This document shows, in pieces, positions 39,143 through 56,400 of a stretch of DNA of 64,000 nucleotides (the stretch's first letter is position 1; each line of letters starts with the position of its first letter). Source of the DNA: Blasia pusilla. Taxonomy: Eukaryota. The notes beneath the pieces were generated by a model, which made no database searches, was not told where the DNA came from, and worked only from the letters and a program-made list of their open reading frames with translations. Position numbers and translations under genes: made by a program. The stretch is from positions 9,858,001 to 9,922,000 of the forward strand of contig CM114271.1 in assembly GCA_050084515.1 (NCBI GenBank). Reading direction: 5' to 3'.

Positions 39143-40974
39143 CGAGTGAGTTCAAAGAACTCAAGGACCCAGCTTGACTGTAGCGTTTGGAGTAGGGAGT
39201 TATTTGATGATGAGGCAAAAGATTTCATAGAATAGATCAAATGTACAGTTTTGAGCTTTTTTCAGATGATATAAAGGAGATGATTTTTTTGAACGATGGT
39301 GGTGCTTGTAAAAGTTTGCTGAACATTTTTTATGTCTTTTCGAATGTGATCGTCTTTGTACTCCGCGGACTTCTATTTTGCAAACCGTCGGATTTCTCCT
39401 GCTTGCAACTTTTCACTTTTTGACGACAAAGACCTTTTTTACCACTTCAGGCAACCCGTCGGATTTCGGCAAAGCTGTTGCGATCGACTCTTTCCTGTTG
39501 GTCCAACTTAAGAGGATCTGGCGGGCTTCTTCCTTGGCACCTTCCCTCAACTCGTAAAGGCGGCGTAGGCTTCTTTTCTTCTCTCAGCACGTGTTGGATT
39601 CCTACTACCTGTACGATTGCCATAATGGTATTACCAAGGACGGAGCACATATTGATACTGGATGGGTGTCACATTGCAGAGCGTACAAGGTATACTGCCG
39701 AGGAAGGCGGAGGGACTCAAATCAGGTTACATGGGACCGTTATGGCGTACCTAGGGGGGGCCAAGGCTCTAGAATTCGCCAACATTTTTTATCCCTTCTA
39801 CAATCGGCCAGAGGAGCCACTTGTATCCTAGGACATTCCTTTTGTACTGTCACCGAGGAGAGTTAGGAGTAAATTTGTAGATGACGAGGCTGAAGAAATC
39901 ATAGACTAGGTCAAATGTACATTTCCGAGGTTCCTTCGGAGGTAATAAAGGACGAGATTTTTTCTACCCATAATGGTGTTTGTAAAAGTTTGCTGGAAAA
40001 TTTTCTTGGACTTGTGGATTGTGTTCTTTTAGCTACTCAGAATTACAATTTTGCAACCCGTATGATTCTGACGGGTTGCAACTTTTTGCTTTTTGCCCAC
40101 TGCAACTTTTTAACCATTTCAGGCAAGTCGCCGGATTCGGCAGTTGACTCGCTTGAGTAATGGGACTCTTTCCTGTGAGACCAACCGACGCATTGTGGCG
40201 GGCTTCTTAACTTTTGGCTCGTTCCCTACATTCGTCAAACCGATTCTGTGCTTCTTTTCTTGTCTAAGATGTGCAGGATTCCTACTACCTGTCGGATTGC
40301 CATTTCGGATTCCCAACCTGTTAGATTTTCGTGGATGCAGGGTGGAAGAAAATCACTTCTAAAAATATTTCCTTTCTTATGGTGAGATTTCTTACGGGTT
40401 GGGAGGGGTACAGCTTCTCGGTTTCTCAGCTTTAGGATCTGAATGAAGGGACATCAATTCCTCTTTACTCCACACAGCTAACAATCTTTTGGTTCACTTA
40501 TCCTCTCATGTGTTCACATTTCACAAAGTTGGTCTTGAGCAAACACCATTAGTAACCAACAGAAAGTTGGTTATGGGGCAATTCAGGGGAGGCCATGATG
40601 CAGGCAACAATCCCTGCAAAAAGAGAGATTGGCATCCGGGTGGTCCTCCAACAAAAATACCCATGGGCACTGCTTTTTGTAGACCGAGACAGGTAATGTT
40701 AAGAAACTTAGGCTCACATGGAGAGTGATGGAAAAATGTTTGTAGTGGTCTTATGATGTCTACTTTTTTTTCGTCCCCAAGAAAAAGGAGGTTTTTTTAG
40801 GGCCAAATGTGGACCACTACCTACTCTCTTCTAAAGATTTCCTGAATTTGAAAGCAAACAAAAATTTCATATATGTCAAAATTTTTTGAAGAGAGGAGGC
40901 AGATTTGGCCCTTTTTTTGACGAGAGACTCTCCTCTCTTCCTCTCTTCCTCTCTCCTGCCAGAATACCAGCCCC

Positions 40975-41830
40975 CGGGGAACTCAAGTACTTCCTTGGTA
41001 TTGAGTTTATCAAGGTTGGAGAGAGCATGTGGTTACTACAACGACAATATGTTCTTCATATGCTTTCAAAATATGGTATGACGGCTTGTAAGCCAATCTC
41101 TACACCGTTGGACCAGAGCATGAAGCTAAGAGTGGATGAAGGAGAGCAGCTTGCAGATTCCAATATGTTCAGGCGCATGGTTGGAAGTCTGATCTATCTA
41201 ACTATAACCAGAGCAGATTTGAGCTATGTTGTTGGCCTAGTGAGCCAATTTATGCAAGCACCTCGAAAACCTCACCTTGATGATGTGAGGAGGATTATGC
41301 GGTATGTGAATTTATCTATTCAATTTGAACCTTCTCACAGTTTTCAATTACATGGATTCACAGATGCTGATTGGGCAGGAAGCGTGTCTGATTGACACTC
41401 CACATCTGGTTATTCATTTACTTGGGGAAGCGCAACTATAAGTTGGGCTTCAAAGAAGCAACCTACAGTTGCTTTATCTTCAACAGAAAGTGAGTATATA
41501 GGAGCAACCAATGCAGCATGTGAGGCGGTGTGGCTTCATCGATTACTTGTTGAAATAGATGTTAGTAACTTAGGACCTAGTGTAATATATGCAGCCAATA
41601 TTAGTAGCATCAAGCTTGCTAATAACCCTCTGTTTCATGCTCGTACAAAACATGTTGAGGTGCACTATCATTTTATCAGAGAGAAAGTGCTTGCAGGAGA
41701 AATTGATCTTGTATATATAGGTACTGATTAGCAAATTGCAGAAATCTTTACAAAGTCATTGTCTAGAGATAAGTTTCAGATGTTTAGAAAGGATTTAGGC
41801 GTTAGAGATATCGAAATGAGCTTAAGGGGG
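40975..41830 (+). pseudogene. Copia polyprotein, 3' part (RT C-terminus and RNase H)
   Basis: GELKYFLGIEF, VGSLIYLTITRADLSY, GFTDADWAGS, WASKKQPTVALSSTESEY, HARTKHVEVHYHFIRE. Confidence 0.93.
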
Positions 41831-42659
41831 AGTATTGAAGATTGAGTTACAATCAAGCTCATGAGACACCTGAACTGCTACATTTGGCACTCACACGAAG
41901 TAAGGAAGCTTAATCTTGGTTAGTTAGTTAAGCACGATTAGGGTTAGTTAATCACAATTAGTCTAACTCAAGACTATGGTTAAGGATAGGGTTAGGGTTG
42001 CTTGTACATACCCTATATAATTGAGAAGAGGATCAGCCTCCATTCATTCTCCATGGTGGTGTGTGTGTGTGTGTGAGAGTCGTTTTCCACCTGTTATGCT
42101 TGTTTAGCAATTTTCCACACGTGTTTGGTCATATTTTAGGTTTAAGCCACTAGGAGAAATGTGTGGTTTTTATGACTAGGCTATAAATGACTCACCGAAA
42201 GAATGACTCAAATTATGACTAAAATGGTTGAGTCATAAAATTTATGTTCATGCAACTCACGTGGTTATCTGCTTATGACTAAAGCAGTTATCAATACCCT
42301 TCAGTCAAGACTAGTCGTACTTGTTTCACTTGTCTATTAATACCTAGTCATAAACAACGACTAATGTGCTTAAGTAGTCCATGCTCCATTGTTAAGGGGT
42401 TTTTTGTTGTTTTTGGGATATATACCATGCATTTCTTGGCTGTGGGTACTGATGCCCCTCTGGAAAACCATTATTGATTTTTGGACCATATTAAGGGGGG
42501 TGGAAAGGTGTTCCAAAAGAGGAAGATGGCATTGAGTATGAATATTTTAACTCTTGTGGCATTTTCATGTTAACGTGCTTTTAACATTTCCTACAACCAT
42601 TAGATGGTGGTGAAACTTGCCACAAGCCTTGTGATTAAATCCCCCCATAATTTCAACGA

Positions 42660-43680
42660 GAAGGAGGAGGGGAGAAAATGATGGCCCAAGAAGGAATACG
42701 AGGACTTTGACCAGTCTTGTTCTAAGGCGTTGTATCATTTTCGTGGTAACATGGTGATAAATTTTCTTTCTATCATTGCATGTTAATGAATATTTGGCCT
42801 CGCCTTGCCAATAAGTTCCTCCCCATTTTCAATGGTGCAGATCTATCATGGAAGATCCCGTACTAATACCAAAAATCAAAAGCCTTAATTAGGGTTTACG
42901 GTTTTTAATTCCATGTGTGAGTGGTCATTTGCATTTTTTTCTTTTGCCATGTATTCCTAGGGTTGGGTTGCTCCCCAGGGAAAAGTATCATGATTCTTGG
43001 ACTCTTGGCTGAGGAGGAGGGGAGAAAATGATGGATCGAGAAGGAGGATGAGGACTTTGAGTAGTCTCGTTCCAAAGTGTTTATCATTTTCACGGTAACA
43101 TGATGAAATCTTTTATTTCCACCATTGGATGTTGATAAAACTTTGGCAAAGCCTTGCCAATACGTTGTTCCACGTCTTCAACGGTGCAGATCTACGATTG
43201 CAGATGCCATACTAATACCAAAAATCAAAAGCCTTAATTAGGGTTTACGGTTTTTAATTCCAGGTTTGAGCAGTCATTTGTAATTTTTTCGTTTCCCCTG
43301 TGTTCCTGGGGTGTGGGTGCCCCTATGGGAAAAGTCTCATGATTTTTGGACTCATGGGTGATGGGGAGGGGAGAAAATGGTGGATCGAGAAGGAAGACGA
43401 TCGCGAGGACTTCATCTAGTCTTGTTCCAAACCATCTTGTCATTTTCACGGTAACATGGTGATAAATTTTTCTTTACACCATTGGATGGTGATGAATATT
43501 TTATTTATCATTTTCATTAAATCGTTCCATATCTTCAACGGTTTAGCTCTGCCATTTAAGACCCCTTATTGGCGGACACCTCCTTTGGGGTTTTCGATTT
43601 TTAAATCTATGTGTGAGTGGTCATTTCAAGTTTTTTCTTTTTCCTTTTGATCCTCGTGCTGGGGTGCCCCTCTGGTCAAA
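42660..43680. repeat. ~350-bp tandem repeat, about 3 diverged copies, inside the CACTA left arm
   Basis: gaggggagaaaatg.tgg...cattttcacggtaacatg...aaagccttaattagggtttacggtttttaattcca recurs at ~42665, ~43015 and ~43365 (third copy more diverged). Confidence 0.85.
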
Positions 43681-44227
43681 GTTGCGGCACACATGAGGAA
43701 AGCGTTCGGATCTATTTGCAAAATGGACGATGCGACAAAACACTAGGGTGCGTATTTTTTACTCCTAATTGTAACCACGTCCATCTGGCCGATTTGACGT
43801 TGAGAGTGAAAACTATATAAGTTTGGTTGCCCATATCTATTGTCAAAGGGCTCTTCTTGTAGTGAGATGGATCCTAGGTGGCATTGCTGGTAATATCCTA
43901 GGTTGATGTGGCATATTTAGTCCTAGGTGGCTTGCTGCGTCAGAGCGGGCATGGGAGGGAATGGACACCCATATAGCATACAAACGTTTGGTGTTTGGTA
44001 CCCAAGTAAGGTGTGTTGTTTTTGGCGGGAGAGAGTGTGCACTTGAGTGGGATGGTCGGAGTTTCTCCAAGAGTGGGAAGTTCAAAGATTAGGGGATTGG
44101 GGAGGTCAGGAGGCTGAGAACAATTTGTTGTGAACGTTGTGAAGACTTTTACGCCTAGACCGCAAGCTTCGAGTTTTTTGTGAAGACTCTGCTCTCTAAA
44201 GATTGTTTCATCTTCTCAGCCGCGGTT

Positions 44228-44405
<178 letters not shown>

Positions 44406-44559
44406 CTTTGCGATGTTCTCTCCCTCTTTGCGCAACATCTGGAAGAGCCTTGCAAAATGACGTTCAACTTCTTCTCGGACTTCAAAGATCGCTCCTCTCT
44501 GCAATGTTGTCTTGCTATTTCCCCGAGCATGTCTGAATAGCTTGGTGGCTCCGATGGTT

Positions 44560-44963
44560 GAAACTTCCTACGATGTGCCGGTGTTGAAACTAGACCTACA
44601 CTTTGTCGCACGCGCTCTTCATCTACAAACCACTCATCGTTCACTTTGCTGACACTCCAGTTGAAGTATCGCAGGAGAATACCAGCTTCAGTCCTTGACA
44701 GGGAAAGGAAATTTGTGATTTTGGTCATCGCTTCTTCTTGTTGCTGGCGAATGTCCCTCTCATTGAGAATTGTGTAATTGGACTGAGGAAGCCTAGAACT
44801 CACATGAACATCAATTAAAGGGAATCATCGAAACCGTAGTCTGGCTCATCATCGTCATCATCACTGCCCATGGTATTCTCACTCGCCTTGTCGTCCTCTT
44901 CATTCATATCGTAGAAGTCCCCGTTCCATACCAAGCATCCTGCATTTCATCTTCGGAGTCCAT
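44560..44963 (-). pseudogene. ARI: 5' fragment of an ARIADNE-family RBR E3 ligase gene
   Basis: MDSEDEMQDA, an acidic tract ending DDDDDEPDYGF, then NYTILNERDIRQQQEEAMTKITNFLSLSRTEAGILLRYFNWSVSKVNDEWFVDEERVRQSVGL. Frameshifted and ends before RING1. Confidence 0.85.
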
Positions 44964-45041
44964 CGAGAGCATCGAGAGCGTTTAGGGCGCACGCCAAGGT
45001 ATCTCCAATTCTAGGCGGGAAGAAAGCTTTTCAAATTCGAG

Positions 45042-45193
<152 letters not shown>

Positions 45194-45339
45194 TACCCTC
45201 ACGATATTGGAAAACTTCAAGCTTGTATAATTAGATGTGAAAGACTTAGCTAGCTAGCTTGCTTGCAAGCATGATATCCTAATGATTCACCAACTAGACT
45301 AGGATCAAAGAATAGAAGCGAAGGGCCAGAATAGAATGG

Positions 45340-45798
45340 ATAACCTGTCGCGCCTTAGACTTCATTGTCAAACAGATGGTGCGTAATTTCCCGCGCTCCA
45401 AAGGCGTCGGCACATCATTTAGTCGATTGGCATTCCATGATTGTTGGGTCCAAGTAAGACTTGACCTTCTCTAGAGAGGTTTCACTGGCACATTTGTGCG
45501 TAGAGTGCAATTTATTTATGACAATGTAGTCTCTTCATAGTCACCCTAAACCCTGCACATAACGAATCTACTGACGGGTTTCTCTTGCTGGCTCGTACGT
45601 TGGGGTGCTCTAGGGCTGCGATATTGCCATTCTGCTTCGAATTTGGTCGACAACTACGGAGAGGGATTCCTTCGTCATTTCTAGGTCAAGGAAGTGGACG
45701 AAATCAGCCAAATCAAATCAAGGATCGAAACGATTTTCCCGGGTGTTGTATCCTGCGCAAATATTATCGCTCTCGCTGTGCGGGATGCGATCGTGGAG
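45340..45798 (+). pseudogene. Class III peroxidase fragment (end of exon 1 to 45453; exon 2 at 45614-45798)
   Basis: RLAFHDCWVQ|gtaag, then ag|GCDIAILL...IKSRIETIFPGVVSCANIIALAVRDAIVE|gtaag. Both splice positions match the canonical class III peroxidase introns 1 and 2. Confidence 0.85.
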
Positions 45799-45938
45799 GT
45801 AAGTCCCTCGCCAACATGCGATCCCAATAGCGCTTGGATTCTCTTGTTGAAGGCGATAGATGGGTTTGTTCTTTGACCTGATTGTTGTGCCTCTGATCGA
45901 ATGAAGAGTATAGAGGTCCGAGTTGGAGAGAGAGAGAG

Positions 45939-52120
<6,182 letters not shown>

Positions 52121-52189
52121 GCAGTGCCAAGCATTTGCAGCTTTAATTGAAGGAGACCGTTACAAAGTTTGAAGGATTGGGTTGCTGAT

Positions 52190-53260
52190 ATTTAGTTCTG
52201 TTGCCCACCATTGGGTCTTTTGATGAGACTTGTGCTACAATGTGCACTTCTATTCCACGATATGATGTGGAGCCCTAGTGCTAGTAAGACTGAACTGGAG
52301 GCTGCATATGGAAGCGTTGGAGATGTGTTTTCTTCTACTTTGAGGTTTAGAGTGGCTGTGTGCAGGCTGCTCTCCGAAACCTTGGAAGTCCAAAAAGTTG
52401 GTTTTAGCTCCCGCAAATTCTCTGTGATACTTAAAGTTGGAGCTAGCTGCAGGTTGTTACCAACCAAAACTGCATTCTTCAAGTGTTCCTCGAGTTGTAC
52501 TAACAGAGAATTCTTAGAGTCATGCTTTTCATGAAGCAGTTGTGTTTGGCTAGTCATCTTGGCAATGTCCTCCCTCAGTTGATCAATTTCAATTTCTCCA
52601 CACTTCCTTGCAAACGGTCAAGCTTTGCAACAAGTCCTTCTGACTGTTGATAGAGCTCGCAAAATTTATTGACAGTAACTATGAGCTTGTTGATATCGTT
52701 GCCGCGTGAAAGTTATGCTGCCTTCAAAGAAGATTGCTTCTCCTCAATGACTTCCTTAAGATTTGCAACGTGCTCAGACAACTCTATTGCGTGTAATTGT
52801 AACCTAGCCATAGATTCCAATTGGGGTTCCAATTATGATATTCTCACCTAACTTGACTGTATGTAAGCTTCAGTCTCTTTAGAACGTCCTACCCAAGCAA
52901 AAACAGTATTTTCAGCTTTCCCAACTTCTTCTTGCTTTAGGTGCAAGAGCGCTTCTAGATTGAGGATTTTCTCAGATAGAATCTCAACTTGTTGATGAGC
53001 CCCTCTAAGACCAGTCAGTTAAGATTCCAATTCCACTATCTGCAACTGGCACTACTGCAACTCATTCTCAGTCTTCTCCAACTTTAATGCCAAGATTAAG
53101 TGCGATTCCTTCTCAGCCTCTATCCTACTTTGGGCATTCCTCAACTCCGTACTAAGTTGCATGGAAGTCGCCATCAGAACTTTGGCATCTTGACCAGCTA
53201 GGATTGCCTTATTCTGGGCATCAGTCACCTCTGAAACCAACCACTCAACTTTCTCCAATT
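52190..53260 (-). pseudogene. Decayed fragment of a long coiled-coil protein gene, family not identified
   Basis: E/K/L/Q-rich heptad-like ORF pieces (53052-53258, 52192-52557) with stops and frameshifts. Confidence 0.5.
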
Positions 53261-53355
53261 ATGATATTCTCACCTAACTTACAGCACTTGGTTTCACAAG
53301 CAGATGAATCAAGTATATTAAAAGTAGTTTTTTTGTACTGTTTACATGTTCACAG

Positions 53356-53493
53356 CGATTCGGATCGTTCTTGTGGATGCTACATGATGTGGTTGATGAC
53401 ACAGGTCGAGATCTGAAGAATGTGAGAGAGCACTTTGGTGATGATGTGGCGAGACTAGTGGATGGTGTGTCAAAGTTAAGTTATATCAACCAA
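53356..53493 (+). pseudogene. Isolated exon of a RelA/SpoT-homologue HD-domain gene
   Basis: cag|...LHDVVDDTGRDLKNVREHFGDDVARLVDGVSKLSYINQ|gtatgt matches the RelA/SpoT HD signature LHDxxEDT...FGxxVAxLVxGVTKL. Confidence 0.8.
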
Positions 53494-56400
53494 GTATGTC
53501 CCAACCTTGTTCATGCCTATTTCTGATGAGAGTTGGTGATTTGAAAGGTTTTTCTGAATACAAATTATAGGTCAAGTCCAACAGACATGCAAGGTCCTGT
53601 CCAGGAAAGAAGGCTTGTTGCAGATATATCTAGCAAGTGGAGGGATTAATGAAGATGTGAACAGGAAAGCAGAATCTTCAAATGTTTTTTGTAGCTCTGT
53701 AGGGCGGCGGGCTTTGCTGATTGTACAATCCTCATATCTTGAACAAAATGAATAGAAAAGAATTCAGTGATCAACTGCAAATGTGGCTAATAGGTAGGGA
53801 TCTCATACTAATCACAGTAGGTATAGAGGGCAAGGGGGTTCAAGTCAAGGAATATTCAACTGGTTTCCAAATTCTGATTGGTATGATGGTTCAAGCTTCA
53901 TGCTCAAGACCTGTCTATCAAAGTGAGGAAATGGAAATCCTTTGAACAGTCCGATGAGTTGGAAGAGCCAGAGTTGGAGGGGCAAACGTGGTTCAAATAG
54001 ACTTGTTATTCGTAGTCAATTCCATTCTGCTAAATTTCAAGCCCAACATCACCTTTTTCAAAGAAAGCTGGCATTTGTTCTCCCTTAAAATAATTCCCCA
54101 TGCGAATTCATATGTTTCATTAGAGGCAATTCTGGGTCTATATTTGGGTATTGATCTACTATCTGGTACTCACTGTAGCTTTTGAGGAGGCACCGAAGGA
54201 TAATGACTTGTCAAAATTCAACATAGGCCGGTGGTTTGAGTCCAGAGGTAAGTGCACCTTGTTCCCGTGAAGTAATGACTCTGTTTTGTGTGTCATCTCT
54301 TCATTTAGTATACAAGTCATGAGTAGACTTGTAAAGAACTTAAGACTTTCCCACTAGGGGAATGCTTTTTGTTCCTCACCAACAGGTAACATTTTATTGA
54401 AGATTTTTTTTCAGGGTTTACTCTAATAGATGGTCAAGAGTTATTTGTTTAACTTTGGAGTCCAAAACAGACTTATCTCTTGGAGTTATGACAACCTCTA
54501 AAAAAGTGTAGCCTTGGTTATTTACTTGGCAACCAGGTGGACGGTTTGCGCGCGTTATGCTCTTGGGTAACATCAATGATCCTCGTGTGGTCCTCATCAA
54601 ACCGGCCGATCGTCTACACAACATGCGAACAATGTAAGTATCGTGAGAGGAAGTCGGTTCAAGTTCCCTCTTGATTTCAAACCAGCAAAAGCTCACTACT
54701 TTGGCAAACTTTTTACATGCTATGAAGTACATATTCATGTCAAAGGACTTTTCTCGAGGATATCATGATGTTGACGGTCTTGATTGCATTCGTGTGTAGT
54801 TATGCTCTCCCACCATCGAAAGCACATGTTTGAGCACAAGAAACTTTGGCGTTTGGTGCTCACCGGCATCAAGGCTTGGTGTGTGGGCCGTGAAGGCGAG
54901 CTAGAAGATCTCTGCTTTTTCTTTGTCTTGCAAGTATGTCCCAAATTCTATTTCAGATGACTTTTCAGGTTCCCCTCAAATGTTTTCTTGTCACTTTGAT
55001 GCGTGGGGGTAGGGTGGGTGGTAACTAATTATAGTTATCACTAGTTTCTGAGTTATGATGTATTGTTCTTCTTGGAGGCCCTCTCATAATGTGCCTCCAA
55101 CTTTGTCGGTGCTAGCCCAAAACCTTCGGAGACTACAAGCTGCACTAGGTGCCATATGGAGTCCACACAAAGACTGGAGGTATTTAAGGAGAATGACCAA
55201 AAGAGCTAAACGAAGAGCACTACTCTATGGTGATCTGGTGCAAGAGGAATTGGAACCCAAACCGGATCCGAAGATGAGGAAGAGTTGACAATGAAGGTGT
55301 GCATATCTCCCATAGCCTTGCAAAGAAAAGATGAAGGTGTTTTTGTAAAGTAACACCTTTAACTACATTTTGTCATCGGGTTGAAGGTACTTGGGTCGTG
55401 CAATATTCATGGTGTCGATCTGTCGGGATTGCATCCACATCATTTCAGATCATATGTTACTTATTCTCATTGCCCACCTTTGATTCTTGAACCAGAGAAA
55501 GTCGGGTGTACTTACATGTTGATTGGCTGATCAACAATAATGCAGATCTTCTTGAAGCGGTTGTGCCATTTGATATATTATTAGATCGTGAAGTAGTAGT
55601 TAGACTTGGTTCCCTGGCAATCCAGAGAGATAAGTAAGAAGAAAACAAAGGTGATACGGGATCTTTGGGTTGCCCTTGCCGCTTTGGGTGCTGTGAGGAT
55701 GCTCTTGACAAGGAGCTTCTTATTTCAACCTCGTAAGTCCTCTATTCATAGTGTCAAGGGACATGAGCTCCATTGTCCAGATACAAGAGAAAGATGTTGC
55801 ATGTGGCAGTGGTTGGCTAAATCTTAACGTGAAGAGAGCATCTTTCGGCTCTTAAGCCAAGAAGTTGTGCAGACATGGCACGAAGTATCAGGGAGCTCCT
55901 TGATTATTTTACTGTGAACAAAATTGGAATGAAGGGATCTTCCTAAGAAGGAATGCTTCCGCACATGACTAAACCAAAAGAACTGACCGCTCAAACTTCC
56001 CTGTGATCCATGTGCTCAAACCTCTGCCTCCAACTATTATATATAAATAGTTTGGAAAAGAGGATTTCAATAATTCACCATATAAATGGAAAAGAGGATT
56101 TCAATAATTCAAATCCATTAATTCTTGCACCGTTCAAAAGGCATAATATACATTCCAAAGTATCCAAAATTTATTTTCCCACTAGTCATATCGATATAAT
56201 TAGCACAATACGATTCAAAAACTGAAGTAGTAAGCTTCAAGTTCTCTCTAGTCATAATTGTATGACTCATGCAGTTCTGTTGCAATGACTACATCATTTC
56301 CGCAACTCGCATAGTCATATCTTTGTGACTAAACCAGTTGTGTCCGCTTCTATAGTAGTCATGTAACTCTACTCTTCTAGTCATAGTACATGACTACATG

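Larger units (their letters stand above)
20385..40973. mobile_element. Giant inverted-repeat (foldback) Mutator-like DNA transposon structure: arm A 20385-~30986, inverted arm B ~30987-40973
   Basis: The left end GGGCTGGTATTCCGGCAGG...AGTCTCTCTTAAAAAAAAGGGCCAAATC is the reverse complement of the right end (...GAGACTCTCCTCTCTTCC...CCTGCCAGAATACCAGCCC). Inverted homology continues through subterminal DNA, both genes and their introns up to ~30345 / ~30987. Copia RT resumes immediately outside. Confidence 0.92.
16207..42119 (+). mobile_element. Ty1/copia LTR retrotransposon, interrupted in RT by a 20.6-kb insertion
   Basis: LTRs at 16207-16598 and 41833-42119. TSD CGTGT at 16202-16206 and 42120-42124. 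PBS TGGTATTAGAGC at 16599-16610, PPT AAGGGGGAG at 41824-41832, and order gag-PR-IN-RT-RH. Confidence 0.96.

Noticed and set aside
20385-40973. Chimeric fold-back read or assembly artefact as the cause of the giant palindrome
   Set aside because: The arms differ by many substitutions enriched at synonymous sites and by arm-specific indels, and the copia RT continues correctly on both sides. A folded read would give near-identical arms.
54400-55970. Possible CACTA transposase or further captured exons
   Set aside because: Only short ORFs with no recognisable motif; left unassigned.
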